This document shows positions 26,985-35,327 of a stretch of 55,341 nt of DNA, piece by piece. The notes below the pieces were generated by a model. That model had not been told where the DNA came from, did not search any database, and was given only the letters and a program-made list of their open reading frames with translations. Made by a program: the position numbers and the translations under genes. Each line of letters starts with the position of its first letter. The first letter of the stretch is position 1. The DNA comes from Thermoanaerobaculia bacterium (GTDB lineage: Bacteria > Acidobacteriota > Thermoanaerobaculia > Multivoradales > JAGPDF01). Location of the stretch: positions 31,900 to 87,240 of the forward strand of contig JAGOCP010000001.1 of the NCBI GenBank assembly GCA_017998715.1, in the 5' to 3' direction.

Positions 26985-27731
26985 GTGCTTGGGCGTTTCG
27001 TGCGGCTCGTGCAAAGTCTGCTCTGGGGGGTCGTGCTGCTGGCGGTGTTCGTCGCCTCGGCCTATCTTTCGTTCAACCTGTTCATCCGCCGTGGCGCGAT
27101 GACCGTGCCGGAGCTCGCCGGCCTCACTGCCGAAGAGGCCTCCCGCCTGCTCACCGACCAGGGCCTGCGCTTTCGTGCCGCTGAGCCGGCGGGGCGCTGG
27201 AACGCCCAAGTCGAAGAGGGTCGGGTCATCGAAACCCGGCCACGCGCGGGCGGCTTCGTCAAGCGCGGCAGTGCGGTCGAGGTGGTGGTGTCGCTGGGAG
27301 TCCGCCAGGCCAGCGTACCGAATCTCGCCGGCAAGGCGATGAGCGCCGCACAGGTCACCGTCCACGCCGAAGGACTCGAGCTCGGCGAAACGCTGGCGAT
27401 CGCCAGTTCGGCCGGCGAGCCCGGTACCATCGTCGGCCAGGACCCGCCACCGGGCGCCAGCGTGGCGGCCGGCACCCGGGTCGATCTGCTCGTCGCCCTC
27501 GACGCACCGGCCGACACCTTCGTCATGCCCGATCTGGTCTATCGACGATACGAGCCGGTGCGGGGTTATTTCGAGCGCGGCGGATTTCACATGGGAGCGG
27601 TCAAGTTCGAGCCCTACGAGGGCATTTCGGACGGAACGATCCTGCGCCAGAATCCGCTGCCGGGGCATCCGCTCCGCCGGCGGGACGTCATCTCGCTCGT
27701 CGTCGCCGCCTCCCAGGGAGCCCTGCCGTGA
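26985..27731 (+). CDS. Membrane-anchored protein with three PASTA domains and no kinase or transpeptidase domain
   Basis: GTG start at 26985. The N-terminal TM is LLWGVVLLAVFVASAYLSF, followed by three modules of about 65 aa of the PASTA type (VPELAGLTAEEASRLLTDQGL..., VPNLAGKAMSAAQVTVHAEGL..., MPDLVYRRYEPVRGYFERGGF...). The stop overlaps the rpe start. Confidence 0.8.
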   Translation: MLGRFVRLVQSLLWGVVLLAVFVASAYLSFNLFIRRGAMTVPELAGLTAEEASRLLTDQGLRFRAAEPAGRWNAQVEEGRVIETRPRAGGFVKRGSAVEVVVSLGVRQASVPNLAGKAMSAAQVTVHAEGLELGETLAIASSAGEPGTIVGQDPPPGASVAAGTRVDLLVALDAPADTFVMPDLVYRRYEPVRGYFERGGFHMGAVKFEPYEGISDGTILRQNPLPGHPLRRRDVISLVVAASQGALP

Positions 27732-28390
27732 TCGAGATCGCCCCTTCGCTGCTCGCATCCGACCTCGCCGACCTCGCCGGAGCCGCGCGCATCTGCGAAG
27801 CCGGCGGCGCCGACATCCTGCACGTAGACGTCATGGACGGGCACTTCGTGCCCAATCTGACTCTCGGTGCTCCGGTGGTTGCGGCGCTCGCCCGCCATAC
27901 CCGTCTGCCACTCGATGTCCACTTGATGGTCTCCCATCCCGATCGGCTCGTGGATTCCTTCCTCGACGCCGGCGCCGCACGGATCAGCGTCCACTGGGAG
28001 GCCGCACCCCATCTCGACCGGCTCCTCGCCCAGATTCACGCCGGCGGAGCCAAGGCGGGCATCGCGATCAACCCAGCGACCCCGGTCGAGCTCCTATCCG
28101 ATATTCTCCCCGCAGCCGACTTCGTGCTGCTCATGTCGGTCAATCCGGGATTTGGCGGCCAGGCGTTCCTGCCTTACGTGCTGGACAAGGCGCGCCGCTT
28201 GCATTCGACGATTCTGGCGCGTCGCCTCGAGCTCTTTCTGGAGATCGATGGCGGCATCGGGCCGGCCAATATCCGGTCCGCGGTCGAAGCCGGGATAAGT
28301 ACCCTGGTCGCAGGATCGGCGGTTTTCGGATCGGACGATCCGGTCGCAGCACAACAGCAGCTTCGAAGGCTCGCGGAGGGCAGCGCTTGA
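27728..28390 (+). CDS. rpe: Ribulose-phosphate 3-epimerase
   Basis: The GTG start overlaps the PASTA-gene stop (GTGA). IAPSLLASD...HVDVMDGHFVPNLT...DVHLMV...MSVNPGFGGQ...DGG are Rpe signatures. Confidence 0.95.
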   Translation: MIEIAPSLLASDLADLAGAARICEAGGADILHVDVMDGHFVPNLTLGAPVVAALARHTRLPLDVHLMVSHPDRLVDSFLDAGAARISVHWEAAPHLDRLLAQIHAGGAKAGIAINPATPVELLSDILPAADFVLLMSVNPGFGGQAFLPYVLDKARRLHSTILARRLELFLEIDGGIGPANIRSAVEAGISTLVAGSAVFGSDDPVAAQQQLRRLAEGSA

Positions 28391-29154
28391 ACACCCTACA
28401 GATCCGGCGGCTCGCAGCGGTGGTCATGGTCTCGGCAATTTCGAGCCTGGCGATCGGTTGCAAGTCGAACATCCAGAACGATCCGATCCTCCGGCTTTCG
28501 GCCGCCGAGTCCCTGGCCGAAGGCAAACGCCTGTTCGCGCTCGAGAAATACGAACGCGCTCGCCCCTACTTCTCGCACGCCTTCGAGGTCGAGCCGAATT
28601 CGAGCTCCGGCCGCGAGGCGCTGCTGGCGGTCGCCGACTGCTACTCCCTCACCGGGAGCGATGCCGACCTGATCCAGGCGGAGGCCAAATACCGCGACTT
28701 CCAGAATCGCTTTCCGACCAGCGATCGCGCGCCCTACGTGCAGTATCAGATCGCCGCCTCGCTCGCCCAGCGCATCGAAAGGGCCGACCGCGACCAGGCC
28801 GCGACGGTGAAGGCGCGGGAAGCACTCGAAGACCTCATTCGCCTCTACCCGACCAGCGAGTACGCCGAGAAGGCACGGGAGCAGCTCGTGACCGTCGTCG
28901 ACAGACTGGCTGAGCACGAGTTCGTTGTCGGGCGCTTCTACCAGCGCTACGGCGTGCCGGGGGCGGCGGCGACCCGCATCGAGGGGCTGCTCAAGAACTA
29001 CCCCAACTACACCGGCAAGGACGAAGCGCTCTTCTACCTCGGCCGCGCCTACCTCGATCTCGCTCGTCCGGAAGACGCCACCGCGACCTTCGCCCGCTTG
29101 CGCGAGGAGCATCCCGAAAGTCGCTACCTGAACAAGATCCCGGGCAAGATCTGA
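28387..29154 (+). CDS. bamD: Outer membrane protein assembly factor BamD (lipoprotein, TPR-like)
   Basis: The TTG start overlaps the rpe stop (TTGA). It has the lipobox SSLAIGC, and YfiO/BamD-type repeats (...YRDFQNRFPTSDRAPYVQYQIA..., ...LIRLYPTSEYAEKA...). Confidence 0.85.
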   Translation: MNTLQIRRLAAVVMVSAISSLAIGCKSNIQNDPILRLSAAESLAEGKRLFALEKYERARPYFSHAFEVEPNSSSGREALLAVADCYSLTGSDADLIQAEAKYRDFQNRFPTSDRAPYVQYQIAASLAQRIERADRDQAATVKAREALEDLIRLYPTSEYAEKAREQLVTVVDRLAEHEFVVGRFYQRYGVPGAAATRIEGLLKNYPNYTGKDEALFYLGRAYLDLARPEDATATFARLREEHPESRYLNKIPGKI

Positions 29155-29156
29155 GC

Positions 29157-29939
29157 TTGACACCGGCCTTGCCGCGCGCGCTGGCGCTTTGCACCACGCT
29201 CCTTCTCGCCGGCGGCTGCGCGAGCAGCGGACCCTACTGGAGTCGTGAGGACCAGGGAGCGGCCGAAGCCACCGAGCTACGCGAGCGCGTCACTCGTCTG
29301 GAGGCGCAGCTCACTGCGGCCGAGAGCGAGAAGGCCGCGCTGGCGGAGCGGGCGGCGCGGCTCGAGCGCGAGCTCGCGCGGCTGCGCGAAGGGGAGTCGC
29401 CGTCTGCCGACACCGGGCTGACAGCGCCGGTCTCCGCCGAGGCGGCCGACAGTGCACCCGCGCGTCCGATGCGCACGGAGATCGAACAGAGCGATCTCGA
29501 CGAAACCGACACGACGCCGGCCGCGGAAGCTGGGGAAGCCGCGCCCACAACGCCCATCGCCGGCGCGCAGGAGCCTCGGGCGCTCTACGAACGCAGTCTG
29601 GAGCTCCTCGAAGCGAGCCAGCTGTCCGAGGCGGAAGCGGGCTTCCGCCGGTTCCTGGCGGAAAACCCAGGCTCGGACTTGGCCGACAACGCCCAGTTCT
29701 GGCTCGCCGAGTCGGCTCTGCGGCGTGGGGACGTCGCTGCCGCGCTGGCCGGATTCCGCGCCGTGGTGGAGAACTACCCCGAGGGCAACAAGGTACCGGA
29801 CGCGCTGCTCAAGGTCGGTTCCTGTCTGGCGACACTCGGTGAAGCCGAGTCCGCTGCGACGGTCTACCGGGAGCTGCTGGAGCGATTCCCCGCTACTGCC
29901 GCGGCCGAGGCGGCGCGCCAGCGCCTCGGCGCCCCCTAG
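29157..29939 (+). CDS. ybgF: Tol-Pal system protein YbgF/CpoB (coiled coil plus TPR)
   Basis: The TTG start lies 2 nt after the bamD stop. It has a signal/lipobox-like N-terminus (LLLAGGCA), a coiled coil (LRERVTRLEAQLTAAESEKAALAERAARLERELARLR), and a C-terminal TPR region (FRRFLAENPGSDLADNAQFWLAES...VENYPEGNKVPDALLKVG). Confidence 0.85.
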   Translation: MTPALPRALALCTTLLLAGGCASSGPYWSREDQGAAEATELRERVTRLEAQLTAAESEKAALAERAARLERELARLREGESPSADTGLTAPVSAEAADSAPARPMRTEIEQSDLDETDTTPAAEAGEAAPTTPIAGAQEPRALYERSLELLEASQLSEAEAGFRRFLAENPGSDLADNAQFWLAESALRRGDVAAALAGFRAVVENYPEGNKVPDALLKVGSCLATLGEAESAATVYRELLERFPATAAAEAARQRLGAP

Positions 29940-29963
29940 CCACCCGGACCATGCCACTCCCGG

Positions 29964-29984
29964 GCCTTCCGCCCACCGGAAGGC
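29964..29984 (+). terminator. Stem-loop after ybgF (possible terminator or attenuator)
   Basis: GCCTTCCG-cccac-CGGAAGGC is a perfect 8-bp GC-rich stem, 25 nt after the ybgF stop. There is no clear U-tract. Confidence 0.4.
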
Positions 29985-30030
29985 ATGCCGCTAACTTCAA
30001 GCAGATGCATGGGTTCCGTGGAAGATGCAC

Positions 30031-30059
30031 TTGACACTGTGCACCCCCGCGAGTACCCT
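30031..30059 (+). promoter_or_regulatory. Sigma-70-like promoter candidate for the LysM gene
   Basis: TTGACA (30031-30036), a 17-nt spacer, then TACCCT (30054-30059). It lies in a locally AT-richer patch about 58 nt upstream of the ATG at 30117. Confidence 0.4.
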
Positions 30060-30116
30060 TCGAGGCAAGTTCAAGACGGAACGCGCCAGATAGAAACGGC
30101 TTCTGGAGGTCGACTC

Positions 30117-31382
30117 ATGGCAAACCGCCATCTCATGGTATTCGCGCTGCTCGGCTCGGCCCTCCTTGTCGGTGTCGCAGTCGAAGCGGCGGACACTCCG
30201 CCGACCGATCTCAAGCTGGTGAACGGCCACTGGACGGCCTGGGATCCTCCGACCCCGCCGGAAGGGGCCAAAGTGCATGTCGTCGTCGCCGGCGACACCT
30301 TCTGGGACCTGGCGGCGGCGAACCTCGCCAACCCCTACCTCTGGCCGCAGATCTGGGAGAAGAACCAGTACGTCCGGGACGCTCATTGGATCTACCCCGG
30401 CGATCCGCTCGTGATCGATCTCCAAGTCGCGCCCGCCTCTGAGGTCGGCGCGACGGCGACCGGTGAAGAGCCCGTCGAAGAGGTTGCCGACAGCGCCGGC
30501 GGGGATGCCGGCGACGGCGAGGGCGCCACGGCCGAGTCCGGGATGGCGACGGCAGACGAGAGCGGCGCTCGTGGCGGGGCGGCTTCCATCCCCGGAGTGG
30601 CGGCGCTCGGCAGGGGCAGCGTTCCGTCGCCGCTCGGCTCCCAGGACGACATCTATTGCTCCGGCTTCATCGGCGCTCCCGACGAGGCTTTCGGCTACTC
30701 GGTGGTCGGTTCGGAGTACGAGGTCCTCTCGCCGCAGCTGCGGAATCCCGTGTACGGGAAGGTCGAGGGCATCTACGGCACCGTCGACACGGTCAAGTTC
30801 AAGCTGACCGCCGGCGACATCGTCTACATCGACGGCGGTCGCGCGGCCGGGCTCTCCCCGGGAATGCAGTTCACCGCCGTCGCCGCCGGCAAGGTCGTTC
30901 GGCATCCGGTGTCGAACGAGGCGCTCGGGCGCCAGTACAGCTACAACGGCCGCATCCGGGTGCTCTCCGTCCAGGAAGAGTCGGCGATCGCAGAGATCGT
31001 GCAGAGTTGCGATGGCATCTCGGTCGGCATGAAACTCAAGCCTTTCGAGCAGGAGCCGATCCCCCTGGCGCGGCGCGGCTCAGTGCGGCCCGTGACCGAC
31101 CCGGCGAGCTACGAAACTCTGAGCAGCGCGGCGGTGATCGTCTCGTCCCCGGTCGATCTCGTGACGCTCGGCCAGGATCATGTCGTCTTCATCGATCGTG
31201 GCGAGGAGGACGAGGTCCTGCCCGGCGACATCTTCACCATCTATCGCATGAACCGCGCCAGCCAGCCGCCGGTCGTACTGGGCGAGCTTGCGGTGCTTTC
31301 GGTGCGGGCGCACACCGCGATCGCGAAGATCCTGGAGTCGCGCTACCCGGTCTACGTCGGCGACCGGCTCGAGCGCAAGTAA
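30117..31382 (+). CDS. LysM peptidoglycan-binding domain protein, secreted
   Basis: The in-frame ATG at 30117 has a GGAGG SD. Signal peptide: MANRHLMVFALLGSALLVGVAVEA. LysM motif: HVVVAGDTFWDLAAANLANPYLWPQIWEKNQ...IYPGDPLVI. An acidic low-complexity linker is followed by a C-terminal domain of about 250 aa of unknown function. Confidence 0.8.
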   Translation: MANRHLMVFALLGSALLVGVAVEAADTPPTDLKLVNGHWTAWDPPTPPEGAKVHVVVAGDTFWDLAAANLANPYLWPQIWEKNQYVRDAHWIYPGDPLVIDLQVAPASEVGATATGEEPVEEVADSAGGDAGDGEGATAESGMATADESGARGGAASIPGVAALGRGSVPSPLGSQDDIYCSGFIGAPDEAFGYSVVGSEYEVLSPQLRNPVYGKVEGIYGTVDTVKFKLTAGDIVYIDGGRAAGLSPGMQFTAVAAGKVVRHPVSNEALGRQYSYNGRIRVLSVQEESAIAEIVQSCDGISVGMKLKPFEQEPIPLARRGSVRPVTDPASYETLSSAAVIVSSPVDLVTLGQDHVVFIDRGEEDEVLPGDIFTIYRMNRASQPPVVLGELAVLSVRAHTAIAKILESRYPVYVGDRLERK

Positions 31383-31390
31383 CCGCAACA

Positions 31391-31430
31391 CGACCCGGCG
31401 CGAGCCACGCGAGTCGCCTGCGCCGGGTTG
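31391..31430 (+). terminator. Stem-loop after the LysM gene (candidate terminator)
   Basis: ACCCGGCGC (31393-31401) pairs perfectly with GCGCCGGGT (31420-31428) and can extend by G-U/C-G pairs. The sequence ...gccgccttttgcg follows. Confidence 0.45.
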
Positions 31431-31482
31431 CACCCTGCCGCCTTTTGCGATAGATTTCACCTTCGAGCAGGGTGAATCCGCT

Positions 31483-31764
31483 GTGAACCGACAAAACTAC
31501 AACGGCAGGCTCCACCAGATCGTCGACGAGCTCGTCAGCCAGGGGTTGACCCTGGAACAGGCCCGTCAAGAGTTCGAACGACAGTTCATCACGGCCTCCT
31601 TGCGCTCCAACGACTGGAACTACTGTCGCTCGGCGCGCAGCCTCGGAGTCCATCGCAACACCCTGCGCAACAAGGTTTCTCACTTGGGCATCGGCGGCAG
31701 TGAAGGCAAGGGGAAGGCAACAACTCCCCGTGTCGGCTTGCGGCGCCAGTTCCCCAAGGTCTGA
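31483..31764 (+). CDS. Stand-alone Fis-type helix-turn-helix (HTH_8) DNA-binding protein (93 aa)
   Basis: In-frame GTG at 31483 within ORF 31288..31764. ...LEQARQEFERQFITASLRSNDWNYCRSARSLGVHRNTLRNKVSHLGI resembles the C-terminal HTH of Fis/NtrC-family proteins. Confidence 0.7.
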   Translation: MNRQNYNGRLHQIVDELVSQGLTLEQARQEFERQFITASLRSNDWNYCRSARSLGVHRNTLRNKVSHLGIGGSEGKGKATTPRVGLRRQFPKV

Positions 31765-31883
31765 CCCGAAGCACCCGAAAAAAACCAACCACACACACTG
31801 AACGTCGGCGGCTCCCCTCTCGGGAAGCGGCTCATTCGCGACCATTCTCGGCCGCTGACGGCAGTTTCATACGGAGGCGACAG

Positions 31884-32642
31884 ATGCCCGCCGCTCCCTT
31901 TCACCGCCTGACCCGCCGCATGATCTGGAGCGCTGGCGCTTCGGTCACGCTGCTTTTCCTGACCTCGAGCTCCACCTTGCCTACGGTGGCGGTTCCGCCC
32001 ACCGGATTCTCGCTCGAGCTCGAGCGGATCTTCAGCCGCCAGCAGGGTCTCGGGCTCGTCCTGCAGCAGGCGCCGAGCCCACGCAGCGGCGGCCTCGAGT
32101 CTCTCCGCCCGGATTCCCGCCGGCAGCGCACCGGCCCGGAGACCGATCGGTACCTTGCGGGCCTGCCCTTCGGACGCGAGATCGGTGGCGCCGCGAAGCG
32201 CTACAACGTCGACTCGCTGTTGCTGGCGTCGATCGTCGAAGCGGAGTCCAGCTTCCGTCCCGACGCCGTCTCCGAGAAGGGAGCTCTCGGTCTGATGCAG
32301 CTCATGCCGCTGCACTTTCCGGCAAGTGATTCGGCTCTGGAGCAGCCCGACCCGCTCGATCCGACAGTGAATCTCGACTTTGGCGCTCGCTATCTGCGGG
32401 ACTTGCGGAAGCGGTATGACGGCGACCTGGAGCTGGCGCTGGCCGCCTACCACGCCGGCCCGGGGACCATCGATCGCTTCGGGGGTCTGCCGCCCTACCG
32501 TGAAACCCAGGCCTATGTCGGCCGGGTGCTCAAGCTCTACAGCGAGCACCAGCGTGAAGCCGGCGCCGCGTCGCCGGTCGCGGTCCCGGCCGAATGGAAG
32601 CCGCAGCCGGCGCGAATTCGCGGATCCGGGGAAGGATCCTAG
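31884..32642 (+). CDS. Lytic transglycosylase (SLT domain) protein
   Basis: 252-aa [33 protein letters not shown] (catalytic ES motif) ...[12 protein letters not shown]...[10 protein letters not shown]. It has an N-terminal signal/anchor. Confidence 0.9.
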   Translation: MPAAPFHRLTRRMIWSAGASVTLLFLTSSSTLPTVAVPPTGFSLELERIFSRQQGLGLVLQQAPSPRSGGLESLRPDSRRQRTGPETDRYLAGLPFGREIGGAAKRYNVDSLLLASIVEAESSFRPDAVSEKGALGLMQLMPLHFPASDSALEQPDPLDPTVNLDFGARYLRDLRKRYDGDLELALAAYHAGPGTIDRFGGLPPYRETQAYVGRVLKLYSEHQREAGAASPVAVPAEWKPQPARIRGSGEGS

Positions 32643-32812
32643 GCGCGCTTCTCGGTCTCGGAGTCGCCGCTGTCGTCGTCTTTGAGTCCCTTCTTGAAGT
32701 TCTTGATCGCCTCGCCGAGCCCCTTGCCCAACTGGGGAATCTTCGAGGCGCCGAAGAGCAGCACGAGAATGACGAAAATCACCAGCAACTCAGGTACTCC
32801 GAGCGAGCCCAT
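32639..32812 (-). CDS. tatA: Twin-arginine translocase subunit TatA/E (57 aa)
   Basis: Absent from the ORF track because it is under 60 aa. The reverse complement reads [67 protein letters not shown] lies 7-8 nt upstream. This is the canonical TatA layout of TM, FG hinge and amphipathic helix. Confidence 0.9.
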   Translation of the reverse strand: MGSLGVPELLVIFVILVLLFGASKIPQLGKGLGEAIKNFKKGLKDDDSGDSETEKRA

Positions 32813-32839
32813 CGCGGGAACCTCCTCGAGGCCGCGCCA

Positions 32840-32858
32840 GCGACGAAATGTTCGTCGC
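32840..32858 (-). other. Stem-loop between the kinase-like gene and tatA
   Basis: GCGACGAA-atg-TTCGTCGC is a perfect 8-bp stem, located after the stop of the upstream (minus-strand) gene and 28 nt before the tatA ATG. There is no U-tract. Confidence 0.35.
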
Positions 32859-32880
32859 GCGCCGGTCAGTTGCGATCACT

Positions 32881-33870
32881 TTAGCAGAAGGGCAAACGAT
32901 CGAACTGCGCACTCCACCAAGGGCGCAGGGAGTCGAACGCCGTCGCGGTTTCAGGCAGGCTCGCGAGATGCCGCGCGGCCCGCGCCAGCGTCGGCGCGAT
33001 CAGCGGAAGATGGCGCGGATTCCCCCGCGCCGCGAAGCGAGCGAACGTTCCGCCCGCCTTCAGGGCGCGCTGGACGACCGCCCGCGAATACTGCTCGCGC
33101 GCCGATGGCGATCGCCATCGCTCCGGCAGGAGGGACTCCTCGAGCGCGGGCCCGGGGAAGAAGCTGTCGTTGAGCAGCGACGCCAGATCATAGGCCGGCG
33201 GCCCGAGCCGGAGGTCCTGGAAATCGATGACTGCGACTTGCTCGCCGAGCGGAACGAGGTTGCGCGCCATGTAGTCGCGATGACAGGGCACGAGAGGCGC
33301 TTCGGCGAGCCGCGCGCAGAGCTCCTCGAGCGCGCTCAGCAACTGTCGGCGCTCTGCGGGAAGAGCGGAGAGCCCCAAGGGGTCGAGCAGAAACTCGAAG
33401 GTCGGCTCGAGCTCGCGCCGCAGAAGCGCGCGATCGAGCGGCGGACTGCCGAGGCGGGCGACTTCGTGGGCATTCAGCCCGGCGATCCTCTCGGCGATCT
33501 CGACGGCAGAGGCGAAATAGCCGTCTCTCTTCTCCAGAGGAAGTGCTGCGCACTCGAAGAGGTTCGCGGTCCCCAGGTCCTCGACGAGCATCCATCCCGT
33601 CCCGGTGCTCCACTCATGGACCGCCGGTACCCGCACGCCGGCGCCAGCGAGCAGGGCTCGCGCCGCAACGAAGCGCGTCATTGCCGCGCGCAGGTCCTCC
33701 GGGTAGTGCGCCGCGATCCGCGACGTGCCGTCGCCGAGAACGAGACGAAAGTACCGCCGTTGCGAGACATCTCCCGCCAGCGCATCCGCGGCACGCACAT
33801 CGAGTCCGAGTCCTGCGAGCCAGCTCCGGAGCTCTGTCGCGATCATCGCGCCGAAAAGTAGCACAAGCAT
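32881..33870 (-). CDS. Aminoglycoside-phosphotransferase-fold kinase (AmgK-like anomeric sugar kinase candidate)
   Basis: ORF 32881..34038. The internal ATG at 33870 is the likely start, with 33846 as an alternative. It has GDVSQRRYFRL, the catalytic CHRDYMARNL (HxDxxxxN) and IDFQD (DFG-like). The specific substrate is inference only. Confidence 0.75.
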   Translation of the reverse strand: MLVLLFGAMIATELRSWLAGLGLDVRAADALAGDVSQRRYFRLVLGDGTSRIAAHYPEDLRAAMTRFVAARALLAGAGVRVPAVHEWSTGTGWMLVEDLGTANLFECAALPLEKRDGYFASAVEIAERIAGLNAHEVARLGSPPLDRALLRRELEPTFEFLLDPLGLSALPAERRQLLSALEELCARLAEAPLVPCHRDYMARNLVPLGEQVAVIDFQDLRLGPPAYDLASLLNDSFFPGPALEESLLPERWRSPSAREQYSRAVVQRALKAGGTFARFAARGNPRHLPLIAPTLARAARHLASLPETATAFDSLRPWWSAQFDRLPFC

Positions 33871-33874
33871 CCGT

Positions 33875-33904
33875 TTGACAGTGCTTTCGAGCGCGCCCGA
33901 TAAT
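33875..33904 (+). promoter_or_regulatory. Sigma-70-like promoter candidate for the 97-aa ORF / rlmN
   Basis: TTGACA (33875-33880), an 18-nt spacer, then GATAAT (33899-33904), about 33 nt upstream of the ATG at 33937. This is the best consensus match I saw in the window. Confidence 0.5.
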
Positions 33905-33936
33905 CCAACCCGCCTCGAAGAGGACCTGAACCCGCA

Positions 33937-34230
33937 ATGGACGAACGACGCCACACCTTCATGCGCGAACTGGAGCGCGCCCTGCTCGAGGCCATCTCGG
34001 AGTCGGCGGAGGTGCATCGCACGCTTCAGCAGATGCACCAGGAAGGGTACCGGCTGCAGCTTTTCCTCGACTGCCAGCCGGCGGGCGAGAAAGACCCGAA
34101 GGTGGGCGCCGAAACGGCGAAGCCCGGCATCCGCGTTCTCGAACCGGCGTTCCGCATCAACAGCGACGATCTCACCCTCCTGCGCGGACTCGGCATCGAT
34201 CCCACCCGCAAGAGTCGGGCCCGCAAGTAG
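33937..34230 (+). CDS. Hypothetical small protein (97 aa)
   Basis: GC3-biased ORF, MDERRHTFMRELERALLEAISESAEVHRTLQQMHQEGYRLQLFLDC.... Its stop lies 8 nt before the rlmN ATG. I recognise no family. Confidence 0.55.
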   Translation: MDERRHTFMRELERALLEAISESAEVHRTLQQMHQEGYRLQLFLDCQPAGEKDPKVGAETAKPGIRVLEPAFRINSDDLTLLRGLGIDPTRKSRARK

Positions 34231-34238
34231 TTCCGGTC

Positions 34239-35327
34239 ATGACCCTCGACACGCTCCCCGCTCCCGATCCGCTGGTCGGACTCGATCGCCTCGCGCTCGG
34301 CGAGCGCCTGGGAGCGCTCGTCACGCGCCCGTACCAGATCAAGCAGATCTACGACGCCCTCTACCTGCGCGGCATCACCCGGTTCGACGACATGACGGAT
34401 CTCTCCCTGGCGTTGCGCAGCGCGCTCTCCGAGCGCTTCGCGGTCGGGCTTCCCGACGTCGCCACACAGCAAGAGTCCGCCGACGGTACGACGAAGTTCC
34501 TGCTCCGCCTGCGTGACGGCGCCTCGATCGAGACCGTCGACATTCCCGAGACGACGCGCCGAACGCTGTGCATCTCGAGCCAGGCCGGCTGCGGCCTCGC
34601 CTGCGCGTTCTGCGTCACCGGCTACTGGGGAGCGGGACGGAATCTCTCGGCGGGCGAGATCGTCGGACAGGTGATGCTGGTGCGCAAGCTCCGCGACCTG
34701 CCCGAGAGCCTGAACCTGGTCTTCATGGGCATGGGCGAGCCGTTGCTCAACCTCGATGCCGTCCGCGCGGCCCTGCTCCTGCTCTCCGAGCGCATCTCCT
34801 GGCGCCGCATGACGGTCTCGACCGCTGGCGTGATTCCCGGCATCGACGCCATCGGCACCTGGGAGCGGCGACCGAACCTGGCGATCTCGCTGCATGCCCC
34901 CGACGACGCCAGGCGCAGCGAGATCATGCCGATCAACCGCACCTACCCCCTGGCCGATCTGATCGAAGCGCTGCGTCGCTATCCACTCGAAGCACGGCGC
35001 CGGATCACCATCGAGTACATCCTGCTCGCCGGTTTCAACGACCGCCCCGGCGACGCTGTCGCTCTGGCGCAGCTGCTCCGCAAGCTACCGGTGAAGGTGA
35101 ACCTGATCCCGTTCAACGCCGATCCGGTGCTCGGAGAGCGGTTCGCGCGGCCGGACGATGCAGCTATCACGCTCTTTCAAGAGACGCTCATCGCACGCAA
35201 TTTGACGGCGACGGTGCGCCGCACTCGCGGCGACGACGTCGGCGCGGCCTGCGGCCAGCTGCGCGCCTTCGCCCGGCCGCCGCGCGCCAAGCCGGCGCGA
35301 CGCGGCAACGCCAGTCAGTCGTCCTGA
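34239..35327 (+). CDS. rlmN: 23S rRNA/tRNA (adenine-C2)-methyltransferase RlmN (radical SAM)
   Basis: 362-aa ORF. CISSQAGCGLACAFCVTG is the CxxxCxxC cluster; MGMGEPLLN and the C-terminal ...GDDVGAACGQL are also present. Confidence 0.95.
   Translation: MTLDTLPAPDPLVGLDRLALGERLGALVTRPYQIKQIYDALYLRGITRFDDMTDLSLALRSALSERFAVGLPDVATQQESADGTTKFLLRLRDGASIETVDIPETTRRTLCISSQAGCGLACAFCVTGYWGAGRNLSAGEIVGQVMLVRKLRDLPESLNLVFMGMGEPLLNLDAVRAALLLLSERISWRRMTVSTAGVIPGIDAIGTWERRPNLAISLHAPDDARRSEIMPINRTYPLADLIEALRRYPLEARRRITIEYILLAGFNDRPGDAVALAQLLRKLPVKVNLIPFNADPVLGERFARPDDAAITLFQETLIARNLTATVRRTRGDDVGAACGQLRAFARPPRAKPARRGNASQSS

Noticed and set aside
31427-31449. Sigma-54-type promoter (TTGCAC ... TTTTGCG) upstream of the fis-like gene
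   Set aside because: The -24 element has TG instead of GG. The distance to the TTGC element is about 18 nt rather than the invariant spacing, so it does not fit the consensus.
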